Both the position numbers and the translations under genes were made by a program. A model generated the notes under the pieces. That model was given only the letters and a program-made list of their open reading frames with translations, ran no database searches and had not been told where the DNA came from. A stretch of DNA of 64,000 nucleotides, from contig OZ004607.1 in NCBI GenBank assembly GCA_963924565.1, positions 32,550,001-32,614,000 of the forward strand, written 5' to 3'. Source of the stretch: Ascidiella aspersa. Taxonomy: Eukaryota. Within the stretch, counting starts at the first letter, position 1. The number at the start of each line of letters is the position of its first letter. Positions 34,475 to 46,000 of this stretch are shown piece after piece.

Positions 34475-34877
34475 CCACTTAGTGTCGCTGTTTTAATCTA
34501 CAATTACAAAAACCGTGTGTTGTTGTGCAATTATTGTTTAGTTTTTTTTTTACAAAATAATTTAAATGTTCGATTATAAGATATACATAAGATATAGATA
34601 AGGTTTATTGTTTGTGTTGTATAGCATCAGCTACTATAGGCGAGATATTATTAAAAATATTTGTCACTGACGGTTGGTCATGTGTTTATAACAGTCTTGA
34701 ACAAACGATTGTATGTTTGGAACTTACATAAAGCAAAAAAAAAAATTATAAATGCTTATCCGCCTTTACAAAGATTTAGCCTGTTTTACCTTAATTATGA
34801 ATCGTTTTTGTTGTAACTTCAGTATGTTGGATGTCCATCTTATTAGAGTTCCTTAAACTTATCATGAAAAGCAAAAC

Positions 34878-35166
34878 GGCGCTCTTTCACTATTGTACGT
34901 GAAAAGTTATCCAAAAAAAAATAATAATAATACTGCATACCACAACGCATATTGTTTGGGTTAGGGTGCGGGTTAGCGTTTGGGTGAGGGTTAGCGTTTG
35001 GGTGAGGGTGGGTCAAGTAATATTATGTTTATTATTAATAATAACTTGACTCACCATCGCCCAAACGCTAACCCGCACCCTAACCCAAACAATATGTGTA
35101 GTGGTATGCAGCATTTGAAGAATTTTTTTTTTTATTAATTTTTACGTACAATAGTGAAAGAGCGCC
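34878..35166. mobile_element. Palindromic Merlin-like MITE (second TIR variant) with a degenerate TTAGGG core
   Basis: TIR GGCGCTCTTTCACTATTGTACGT pairs with ACGTACAATAGTGAAAGAGCGCC. The core GGGTTAGGGTGCGGGTTAGCGTTTGGG and its complement are shared with the 39553 and 40039 copies. Flanks AGCAAAAC and AGTTAAAC match at 6/8. Confidence 0.8.
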
Positions 35167-36055
35167 AGTTAAACATCATGAATTATCGGCTTAAATCTTA
35201 TTCTAATATACTTAATGTTTATTGTGGCTTGCATGGTTATTTCTCCTATGTTATAGCCCAATATATTTTTATGTGTTTTTAGTGCTTATGTGCTTGTACA
35301 TGCTTTAATAGAATTACAAGCCAACTCAGTAAGAAACAAGTTAATCTTGAATGTAATTTAATTTATTATAAGATTTGCCAATAGATGTACACGCAATTGT
35401 AGCATATGTGGTAATAAACCCAACTTATTATAGAAAATCTGTCAATGCCATATATTAGCAGTGTACAATTTTAATTTAAAACCTTTAGACAAGCTAAATT
35501 TGCCCCCAGGCAAAGCTATTCATTTGGATGACATTGATTTAGGCTTAAGTTATTTTCTATGGCATGGTTAACAGTTGTTTAGCATGTTTACAACACTAAC
35601 TGAGTGAATGTACCCAAAAAATATTATTATAATCACAGCAGGCTTTTATGTGCCAAAATATGATATTTTAAAATTAAGTTCTGAATATTTTTAGTACAAC
35701 CCGTCAGTAAAACAAGTTTAAGTTGAGTTTGCTATAATATTTTAAAATAACAATAAGCTTTGGAGCATAATTTCGAAAGTTTTAGTTAGACATAGTTGGA
35801 ATATCAAAGCCCATATAAAAGTAGGCAACGTTTTGATTATTTTGTTTTGAAATTGATGTTGAAACTGAAGAAAGAGATATTTAAAAGTTCAATATGTTAC
35901 CTCTTCTATATGGGTTTTATTTTCCTACTATAATATTCTTTATTTTTTTTTAGCTCTTTGGGCATTTTAGACCAGGTTTTACAACTGAAATACCTACACT
36001 CTTGCTTATACGTGTATACAGGATTTTGAATAATTTTTTGTATTTTTTAGGTGCC

Positions 36056-37951
36056 ATGTCTGTAGCACTTTGTGATCTGTCTGGTTCAAATAGGGGAATG
36101 TCTGGGCCAGGAAGTCTGTCCTCTTCAAGTGAAATCGACCACTGCGAAGAGTTGTCACAGAATATCGGTGCTTTAGCATTAAACGATGATTACAATGATG
36201 TTATTTTTTTGGTGGAAGGAAAGGAGTTCCCTGCTCACAGAGTAATATTGGCGTCAAGATGCGAGTACTTCAGAGCCTTATTGTATGGTGGAATGAGGGA
36301 ATCATTGGGGTCTGAGCCAATCCAAGTGCTTGATGCTTCGGCAGAAGCATTTGAATTGTTGCTAAAGTACATCTACACCGGAAAAATGAAGGTATCTGAG
36401 CTCAAAGAAAACCATATCATTGAAATCCTTGGGCTTGCCAATGTATACGGTTTTGCATCCTTAGAGAGGTCAATATCTCTGCATCTAAGACAGACTTTGA
36501 CAGTCTCCAATGCCAGTGGAATTTATGATGTTGCACTTTTGTATTCACTTAGCGATCTTAAACAAGCCACCGCTGAATACATTGACAAAAATGCTTCAAT
36601 GATCTTGTCAAGTGATAGCTTTCTACACATGTCACATGAAACCCTGTGCAGTGTTCTCCATAGAGATTCTTTCTGTGTGCCTGAAAAGGTCATCTTTAAA
36701 AGCATTCAGTCCTGGTGCGATTCAAATCCAATTGCTGAAGATTTAGAGCCAGCTCACAGGGCAAAGGAAATAGAGAAACGAAATCAGCTGTTATCCACAG
36801 TAAGATTGCCTCTTATACCTTTACCTGACCTATTGGATGTTGTCAGACCTTCAGGGCTCATATCTTCTGATTTGTTGTTGGATGCCATCAAAGCGCAGAC
36901 AGACAACTATGATATTAACCTGCAATTCAGAGGGGTGTTGTATCCTGATGAGAATGTAGCTACTGCTCAGCATGGAGCGCAAGTTGTCCAGGGTGAAATG
37001 TGTGCCTCTTTACTCGACGGCGAGTCTAAAACCTACGACCAGGACAGGGGATACACTCGACATGAGATTAACGATGAGTGCAGCAACAGAAAGGAGATGT
37101 GCATCAAGGTAAAACTTGGCCAACAGTCGATCATCAACTGTGTGCGCATGCTGCTTTGGGACAAAGACAACCGTTCATACTCTTACTATGTTGAGGTCTC
37201 AGTTGACGACAAGGAATGGGTTAAAGTTATTGATCATTCTGAGTACCTATGCAGATCTTGGCAGGAGTTGTATTTTCCCAAGCGAGTGGTAAGGTATATT
37301 CGTGTCACAGGTACCAGAAACTCTGTCAACCGCATTTTTCATTTGGTAACACTTGAGGCCATGTTCAGCACTAGGACTGTGCAACTGGAAGATGGCCTTC
37401 TAGTGGCTGATTCCAACGTAGCTACTCTGGAAAAGTGTGCCTGTATTATCGAAGGTGTCAGCAGGGACAGAAACGCCCTGATAAATGGCGACACACAAAA
37501 CTATGACTGGGATTCAGGCTACACTTGCCATCAGCTGGGAAACGGCGCCATAGTGGTCCAGCTTGCTCAGCCTTTCCTGTTCAGCTCCATACGAATGCTG
37601 CTCTGGGACATCGATGACCGTAGCTATAGCTACTACATCGAAGTGTCTTCTGACATGGAGGAATGGTCAACGATCGCAGACAAGCAAAAAGAGGAATGTC
37701 GCTCCTGGCAAGTATTGCAGTTTTCAAAGGTCGCCGCCACTTTTGTGCGAATTGTCGGCACTGCAAATACGGCCAACGAGGTTTTCCACTGTGTGCATTT
37801 TGAATGCCCAGCAAGCAACCTTCCGATTGAAAAATCCAACAGGGATACGGACCATGACGATTCAACGCCCCTAAACACAGGCTCCCAGCAGCATGATTGT
37901 GGTGACTCTCCGACGCCAGAATGCAGTCATTCACAAAACAAAGATTTATAG
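36056..37951 (+). CDS. BTBD9: BTB/POZ-BACK-tandem discoidin (F5/8 type C-like) protein BTBD9, 631 aa, intronless CDS
   Basis: BTB (DVIFLVEGKEFPAHRVILASRCEYFRALLYGGMRES), BACK (RDSFCVPEKVIF...VRLPLI) and two repeats with LLWDxDxRSYSYY(V/I)EVS...CRSWQ, plus NYDWDSGYTCHQLG. ATG 36056 follows the acceptor TATTTTTTAG (36050). The ORF-track start at 36002 is an intronic TTG. AATAAA at 38191. Confidence 0.96.
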   Translation: MSVALCDLSGSNRGMSGPGSLSSSSEIDHCEELSQNIGALALNDDYNDVIFLVEGKEFPAHRVILASRCEYFRALLYGGMRESLGSEPIQVLDASAEAFELLLKYIYTGKMKVSELKENHIIEILGLANVYGFASLERSISLHLRQTLTVSNASGIYDVALLYSLSDLKQATAEYIDKNASMILSSDSFLHMSHETLCSVLHRDSFCVPEKVIFKSIQSWCDSNPIAEDLEPAHRAKEIEKRNQLLSTVRLPLIPLPDLLDVVRPSGLISSDLLLDAIKAQTDNYDINLQFRGVLYPDENVATAQHGAQVVQGEMCASLLDGESKTYDQDRGYTRHEINDECSNRKEMCIKVKLGQQSIINCVRMLLWDKDNRSYSYYVEVSVDDKEWVKVIDHSEYLCRSWQELYFPKRVVRYIRVTGTRNSVNRIFHLVTLEAMFSTRTVQLEDGLLVADSNVATLEKCACIIEGVSRDRNALINGDTQNYDWDSGYTCHQLGNGAIVVQLAQPFLFSSIRMLLWDIDDRSYSYYIEVSSDMEEWSTIADKQKEECRSWQVLQFSKVAATFVRIVGTANTANEVFHCVHFECPASNLPIEKSNRDTDHDDSTPLNTGSQQHDCGDSPTPECSHSQNKDL

Positions 37952-38988
37952 TAACCATTTTGGTGAATTGTTAATATGCCATGTTCCACTTTGCGTACAA
38001 TTGTCACCATGTTTGTTTCCATAGTTGCCAAATCTTTTGTCTTAACAAAAAGTGTTGTTCTGGTAAACGATGCAGAACAAATGAATTTCCATTGTTGGAG
38101 TTGTTCAATAGAAGTATAGCTAAACATGTGTTTACCTTAAAGATCAACCGCCAACATTCATTTGAGAATTTAGATCTATGTTCTTGAAGCAATAAAATTT
38201 ATGTATATGATTTTTGTGTTGGGCATGATACTTTATAATGTTTTTCTTACGTTTTTGTAAGATGTAATATCATTGTGAATAACATCTGGTGTTTGATGCT
38301 TTGCTATTAATTTTCTTGCTGGGGTCTCTATCTTTTTTCTTTTTTTTGCTGTAAATAAAATTTGTAGTGTAAATTGGCCACTATTTAACTTAAACTTGAA
38401 AGTAGGTTGTAATCTGCAATATTTCGCAACAATGTTTGATTTTTGTCATAAACTTATTTTTACCGACTTTGACAATTTAAAATTCTATGCTTTCACACAA
38501 ACAGTAATGTGCAACCACACAGGCTATTAAGTTGCCACTGTCAAACCAAAAGTGTTATGTGTGCCAACATTTATTGTAAAATTTTGGTAGCCTTAGTTTA
38601 TTTTCTTTTTCTCATTTGTCAAGCACTTGCAAAACCCGTTTACATATTTTGAGTCAGCTTTTTCTTGTGTTGTGTATTGTTGCCCACAACTACTACACAT
38701 TTTATTTTTATTTGTGTGCGGTATACATGTTTAAACAAGCTTATGCACCGTATATTTTCATAGTGATGTTTTAGAACCAGTCGAAAAAGTCTATCAATAG
38801 GTCCGGCACTGCCAAAAAAACAAACCATTACCGGTAGTAGTTATTATTTGCATTAGCATGCATATAGCAGTAAAATATGCTATGGAATATTTAGGATAAA
38901 AAGAAATGTTAAGTTACTATATTGAGAAATTTAAACTAAGTCCTATGCGAATCCTCCACACTGTTCCTCCTACAGCAATACTGTATAA

Positions 38989-39531
38989 CAGGGTTTCCCA
39001 AACTGTGGTCCGCGGACCATTGGTGGTCGGCGACGACTGCACAGGTGGTCCTTGGTGATATGACAACAAATTATAAAGTCACACATATATGTTGTACAGT
39101 ACGTAACCTTTCAGAGATAATTGCCGCAGGCAATTATTCACAACGAATGATTTCGAAAGCTTTTGCTATCCAGTATCATAAATGTTGCTTGTTGCGCCTT
39201 TGTTGTAGTCAAAAAGTTGTTTACGAAAAATTCTCGTATTCCTCCTCTATGACGTAATAATATATTCTAATCGTCATTTGGAATTTGCGGTTTTGTTGAG
39301 ATCATTCCAACCGTTTACTTGCGCAAAAGTTAGTGAAACGAAGAAAAGTGAATAAAAAGTTTATTGTGAAGCTGAGATGAGAAACGAAGTAAAGTAATAG
39401 GATAATTTAGTTGTGTGACTATACTGTCATTGACTTAGTTGTTAAGTTCAGTAACTTAACTTTAATTGTATTGCTGTCCGAGAAAAAACAGAATTACAAA
39501 TCTGTGGTCCAAAAAAGTTTGGAAAACCCTG
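38989..39531. mobile_element. hAT (Charlie-like) MITE
   Basis: TIR CAGGGTTTCCCAAACT pairs with AGTTTGGAAAACCCTG. Exact TSD CTGTATAA. Confidence 0.88.
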
Positions 39532-39552
39532 CTGTATAATAGTAAAAAAGTG

Positions 39553-39755
39553 GGCGCTGGTCTAGAATCCTACCACAACGAAACACCATTTGGGTTAGGG
39601 TGCGGGTTAGCGTTTGGGTTAAGGTGGGTCAAGTATTATTATTAAACAAAGAATATAAGAATACTTGACCCACCCACACCCGAACGCTAACCCGCACCCT
39701 AACTCAAATTTTGTGCGTTGATTTTAGATCTGTGGTAGGATTCTAGACCAGCGCC
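39553..39755. mobile_element. Palindromic Merlin-like MITE, copy A
   Basis: Perfect 24-bp TIR GGCGCTGGTCTAGAATCCTACCAC. Exact 8-bp TSD AAAAAGTG. The internal arms are degenerate telomeric hexamers. Confidence 0.9.
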
Positions 39756-39811
39756 AAAAAGTGTAACCTTGAAAGATTTATGTACCACAATTCGAGCGAT
39801 ATCGAATGTCT

Positions 39812-39885
39812 GGCCGGTTAGCTCAGTTGGTTAGAGCGTCGTGCTAATAACGCGAATGTCGCGGGTTCGATCCCCGTACTGGCCA
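39812..39885 (+). tRNA. tRNA-Ile, anticodon AAT
   Basis: GGCCGGTTAGCTCAGTTGGTTAGAGCGTCGTGCTAATAACGCGAATGTCGCGGGTTCGATCCCCGTACTGGCCA forms a full cloverleaf with A and B boxes, anticodon loop CT-AAT-AA and a downstream T-run terminator. Confidence 0.97.
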
Positions 39886-40038
39886 CTTATTTATTTTTGT
39901 TTGTTTTTTGTTATTTTTAAATAATAAACTTCTGAATTTGTCGAAGAAGTTTTGTGAAAAGTAGAGCAATAATCTGCCGTCCGTATAATTCCAACATTCG
40001 TATTTTTAATACTGCAGGTCAAAAAGACATGTTTTTGT

Positions 40039-40239
40039 GGCGCTGGTCTAGAATCCTACCACAGTTATGAAATCAACGCACAAAATTGAGTTAGGTTGCG
40101 GGTTAGCGTTTGGGTGTGGGTGGGTCAAGTATTATTATATTCTTTATTTAATAATAATACTTGACCCACCTTAACCCAAACGCTAACCCGCAACCTAACC
40201 CAAATAATGCGCGTTGTGGTAGGATTCTAGACCAGCGCC
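40039..40239. mobile_element. Palindromic Merlin-like MITE, copy B, inverted relative to copy A
   Basis: Same perfect TIR as copy A and an exact TSD GTTTTTGT. The asymmetric internal segment (AAATCAACGCACAAAATT) is reversed relative to copy A. Confidence 0.9.
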
Positions 40240-40397
40240 GTTTTTGTTGCTAACTATGGTAAATATAATTATTTACATCAAATAATTGAAAATTATTTTA
40301 AATGATATGCGTACACAAGGTTAGTCATTTTACAACTTTCAAAAAAACAGCGATTGGTTTCCAAAATATTTACCCATTTTCGTCACTTCTCATTGTC

Positions 40398-40470
40398 GCC
40401 TTGATAGCTCAGTCGGGAGAGCGTTAGACTGAAGATCTAAAGGTCCCTGGTTCAATCCCGGGTCGAGGCA
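40398..40470 (+). tRNA. tRNA-Phe, anticodon GAA
   Basis: GCCTTGATAGCTCAGTCGGGAGAGCGTTAGACTGAAGATCTAAAGGTCCCTGGTTCAATCCCGGGTCGAGGCA has intact stems, anticodon loop CT-GAA-GA and a TTTT terminator just downstream. Confidence 0.97.
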
Positions 40471-43017
40471 CATCTTTTAATTTTACATTAGTATAGGTTA
40501 CGTAAGCGGTGCACAAACTTATCTCTCAAGGCAAACGATTTAAAAAGGCAAACGATTCACTTCAGTTAACTGCAGTTAAATGAAATAACATGTGAGAATT
40601 CAAAAAAATTTAAATTAATATTTCTTACGCGTCTTTTGCTATTTTATCTGATTGTTACCCTATAATCAAAGCCCTAATTTTTGAATTTTGTGATTTTTGC
40701 AACCGGACACATTTATCAAGGACTGAAGCTACGCAGTTTAGGTTATCAGCTTGAAACATTTGGTGCGATTTTCTGTGTTTTTATAATGCATTAGCCAAGA
40801 TTTGGCCTCAACGAAAATGAAATGTAAAACATTCTGAGATGTGTGGATCTTTCAGGTTATAATAGCCGTTGTTGCTGTAAGCAAAGAGATTATCTCTTTG
40901 GCTGTAAGTAAGTATTTCATATTTAGACAAAACACATTAAAGGAAAACATTTATTTTGAAAACAGAGAGCAAAGCGTTTATTAGATATATCGATGAACAG
41001 AAAATTTTACCTAAAACCATTACACAACGACCACAAACAAATTTGCAATGAAATAACACACATTTTACCAAATTAGCAAAACTCGAAGTTTGTTCTGTAG
41101 GCTATACGTCCACTAGTCTGTTCTACGGAACAAAGCGCACACATTAACCCCATTTTTAATATGACGTTTCTTGCTTTGCGTGCAAACCTTGGCCAATGGT
41201 CAACCGATGGACCGTTACCGTCTGATAAACCACTATAACGATAGACTAATAGTAAGAATAGCTTTTAGCTTGGTCTTATGTAATTTATCACTTCCAAAAT
41301 TTAGCGAGAAACTTCTACTAAAGACAGGAAAAAGAGAATCAACAAACAGAGTCCAAAGTAATTAAACTGAATTCCGATCCATTACCAAAACGGTGCTCAG
41401 CAAACCTTTGCAAGGTTTTTTAGCGCCTGAACGATTTTTTTACGGCAACAGCACTTCAGGCAATTTTGGCTCACAGTCAAAAAGCGTACTCGCTCGTTTA
41501 GGTGTTGACTGTTGAGTGTGGATGTACCTGTAGGCATCTGAAGCCATGTTGGAAGCGGCCTAACTGGATGTAGCTTTAATTATTTTATGAAGCAGACTCG
41601 TTTTTTTAAAATCACGTTCACAGCAGCGCGCTTAAGTGAAAACGCACCTGCTTTCAAAGTTCTGCCATCTTTAGAAAATTTGTAATGTTAGAAATTCTGT
41701 ATTCAAGATATTTGTTATGATTAGAGTTTCGACTATGCTGTTATTCAAACGTGTTTAGTTGTTAGGAAAGTACACTTTAACCCAGGGGTTCTTAACCTTG
41801 ACACAATTTATCTCTCGCCCTCTATGCGAATAATATGTTTCATAATACCAGTGATCAGCAATGTAGCCTACAGGCAGTGTTTTTAGATAAATACAAACAT
41901 CGCACAAATAGTGCATATGGGCGCTATGTAAAACCTGCAAATTATGCGAAAGCTGGTTAATTGATACTTGTGGTTTTCATTAGCTAAACGTTATAATTTG
42001 GCAATGTAATTTTTGTGAGTCACCCTAGCCTAACGTTTAAGTTGTTTATAACGTCACAATGATGAATTTGACAGAGGTAAGCTGTAGATTAGGCTACTAT
42101 AGGTTTGTGATTTCTGAAAATATAATTGAAACACGACTGTGAACGGCGCCTTTGCGACTAAAACCTTTCTTCAAGCGGTAAAAAGTAGTGAATCAACGCA
42201 GTACTAGGTTTCGCGATGTATATAGTAAAAGGCAAAAATAGTTTCGAGGAATGGCATGGTGTAATTCCCCTGAAAACACTGTACAGTGTTAATAGTAAGT
42301 ATTCTGCCATTTTCAAGTCACTGGAACTAAATACATGAAATTAAAATTCAAGATTATTATTTCTGAGTGGAATAGATTAAGTGATTGGAAAAACATATTT
42401 GTGTAAAAAGTCACGACTAAAAGTAATAAAAAAAACTATTTGTATAAAGCAAACCTTAATATTAAATAAGTACAAACAAAATTTTCTTGGGAAGTCATTA
42501 GCACCCCTCTTACAAACCCTTCACGCCTCCAAGTTTAAGATTGTTAAACGTAGGAAAACTATGGTAACACGGCAGCCAAGCTTTAGAAGTGCGTGTGCCC
42601 TATCTTTGTCATAAAATTGTCAGCGCATCTGTAAGCAAAACACCTAAAGCGTGAAGCTGTTACGAGCAGTCCTAAAATAATGAAACTGAGCAAAGGTTAT
42701 ACGCTGTACATGTACTCTATGGGTTTCAGAGCCAATAGTGACAACTTTATAGTAAAAGCGCAGATTCATTAGTTTTTTCATTTAAAATATACTGTAATGT
42801 TTTGGGAAAACAAACTGTTTTTGGTATTTATACAAACTTCTAGAATTAAACAAATTTGTTTGCTTTACATAAACAGTAAATTTCTTGTGCTCTGCGACCT
42901 ATGTGCCTCCAATGCAGCCTTACAATGTTTATCGTTTACAGGTTTACGAATAGGGTTTTTTATGTCCGTATACTTTTAGGATCACTTTTATACTATTGTG
43001 TGTAATTTTTTGACAAC

Positions 43018-46000
43018 ATGACTTTAAAAAAAGCTCCGCAACCCAATCCAATTACCTCGGCCAATATCTTCGGATACCTTTCCTTTTGGTAAGCGAATTT
43101 TAAGATATCTAAGGACCATTAAAAAAGTTTAGGGTTTACACTGGCGCAGTTGTATAGCAGAACATGTCATGAAGTTAAACAGTCACCTGTTATAGAAATT
43201 ACAATAAATAGAGTTTTTCGAACGTCGCTTATTTGTGCTAAACCGTTTTCTGTTTATTAGGGCCTATAAACAACCCATTTTTCCCTTAAGTGTTTTTGAC
43301 ATGCATTATAGTGTTTTAACAAAACTCACCAATTATATCAGCCGTTCCCAAACTTTTCTGGCTTGAGGCACACTAAAAAAATCTAAACTATTTCGCGGCA
43401 CACTTTTAACAGAACAACAATAGACTCATTCTACAATCGCTCTTAGCACACGACAAACTATCAGTACAATATGTCTCGAAATTTTTAATTTGTAATGAAT
43501 AGTGCGTAATTAAGTCTAAAATGCTTGCGTGAATGCCTATTGGTACAAATACTCTCTTTTTCCGAAATTATAAAAAGATTCGCGGCACACTTGACAATTT
43601 CTCGAGGCTACGACACACAGTTTGGGAATCACTTAGTTATATGATTGATACATAAACGTGATATAACACATAAATCTACTGATGAGTTATACACAGGTGG
43701 ATGAACGACTTTTTCAGGCGTGGAAACAACGCAGATTTGGTAGAAGCCGACTTTTACGAAATCGTTGACGGAGATTCTTCCACAGAGATGTGCGAACGTT
43801 TGGAGAGGTCAGTAAAGCGTATAGGTCTGGCAATGCCAGAATACGTGTTTCCATTTGTACCAGTTGCCCTATTGCATGACTCTGCCAAATTTTAGAGAGA
43901 AAACACTCATGCCCAAATACAAGGGTTTACGTGTTGCAAGAAGAGAAGTTTGGTTCTACTTCTTTTTACTCAATTGTGATCTGGCTGTTTGAGGCCAGCA
44001 ATCGTTTTGGGATCAGTCTTGCTAACGAAAAGGATAGTAGTAAAAAGAGCCGCGGTATGTTGGAGTTGATGGAAAGTATTTTTTAACAATTGGAAAAGTT
44101 TTCGAAATGCCAAGCAATGGAAAACGTAGGACGGGAAGAACTGTGATCAAATTATTTCTTTAACAATTATCAAATTTCTGATGTACGTTGACTTTTTAAA
44201 TGTGACTCTTTTCATGAAAGAACTTGGCAGGTGACATGTGGCGATCGACGTGTTGGCTACCCCTGGTATATAGGTGTTGTATAGCTAAAGCATACCACAG
44301 TGAAGGTTTTGATTACCGAGAACTGGAGTTCAATGAAAAGATTAACGGTTCGAAAGAGTTTTGTTTGGAAAGCAAAAGTTGCGACTTTAATTACATCCAA
44401 CTGTTTTACAGAGAGTGGCATATCGAACTGGAATCGTCGAAAGCTTCTGCAAGTCGACCCAGTTTCACCCGCGCAGTGGTAAAAACGTTCCGGTCAAGAT
44501 GGTTGTTTTATGGAACGTGGGCCTTAGTAAAAGTAAGATTTGTGATTATTATTATCTATTGCATAGCATGCTTGCATAATTTGTATATGCAGATTCCTAG
44601 ACTTATATCTGTGGATTTATGAGAGCGTAAAACATTTACTCATTGCATCTAACAATTGCTGTCCGATAGGTTCGTCATCTTTGTTAAGTTGGACACGTCA
44701 AGTTAACTATATTTTATTTCTTTAGAAACGTACGAAGCTTAGTCACTTTGAATGAGGTTAAATACTATAAATTAATAAAGAGTAGTTTTTCTTCTATTTA
44801 AAGTAGATCTTTACAAAAATTAACTAAGTTTATATTTGATCTAAAATTACAACTTATCTCCGTTTTTTTGTACAATCAATTAAACGTTTTAAAGAACTTT
44901 CTTAATGAACTTTCACTTAGTAAAAACTTCATACATAAAATAACATAAAATAATTCCTGGCGTTGAACAACAGCCTTTTCTACAGCTTCATATTTTAATC
45001 GGTTAGCACAACACATCAACCAATATATGTCGGTAGGAAGTGATTGCCGTTCTGAACCCTTTTTGGCTGGCCGGACTGATTGGCTATTTCGAGGGCAACG
45101 GCACTTCATTGACAACAGCCTACTTGTACGCTACCGCCATAACTGCCACCGCCCTCATAACGCCGTTCTTGCATATGTGGTACTTCTTCAAATGCGACTG
45201 CCTCGGATGGGAGTTAAGGGTTGCAACATGCGCCCTCATGTATAAAAAGGTAAATAATTTTATAATGTGGATAACCTAATACGACTTGCGACCTACTATG
45301 CACAAATCGGAATATTGACAGGTGGTCATCTATCTAGAATAGATTCTCGAAACTTTAAAATCATTAATATCAAGTATGGCGATACACAAATATACGTTAT
45401 TTTTATACATGAAATGTATTACATATGTGTTTTCGTCAATCACTTTAAGTGCAGGGGTGACGTAGAATTACCGAAACCCATGGATTTTTTCAGAGGCGAC
45501 ATCAAAAGTCCGTAAACAATTATTCGTTTATTTCAATAACTTGATTTGGATGTAGTGTTTAAGTTAAGTCGTAATAAATATGGATAATAATTATTTTAGG
45601 TTTTGTTGCTATGTTTTACGTGTATGGTATTTTCTTGCAATTGTTTTTAATTTTTCAAGTTAACGTTAAGGTTGACGTTTGTTGCTAAATAATTGGACTT
45701 CACCTGTTTGAGAAATTATTTGTTTTACAATGGAACCTAATTTGGGTAATCAATCGGTTAAAAGAAGATTTGCCTAATTACAGAGATTTGGACAAATGAT
45801 GCTTAAAAATGCTTAAAATTTTGACTGATGATTCAAAAGGAAGCTGTGTGTTATAATAAAGCCATCAGATTTAATAAAGGGACACAAAACCTGGAGTGAT
45901 GTTGTTTTTGCAGACATTGCGTCTTAGTCAAAAATCGCTTGCGTCGACTACAACTGGGCAAATCGTCAACCTGGGTGCAACAGACGTCATGCGATTCGAC

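Noticed and set aside
36523-38192. Several short ORFs overlapping BTBD9 and its 3'UTR
   Set aside because: Alternative-frame or antisense shadows with no independent coding signal.
39553-40239. MITE-tRNA-MITE as an already transposed composite element
   Set aside because: Each MITE has its own distinct TSD and the outer flanks do not match, so the unit did not arrive as one piece.
31260-42030. 15-bp inverted match GGCTAGGGTGACTCA (31260-31274 / 42016-42030) enclosing BTBD9 and the tRNAs, which could suggest a giant gene-capturing transposon
   Set aside because: No target-site duplication on the flanks and no similarity beyond about 15-20 bp. It is more likely independent hAT-end relics or AP-1-like sites.
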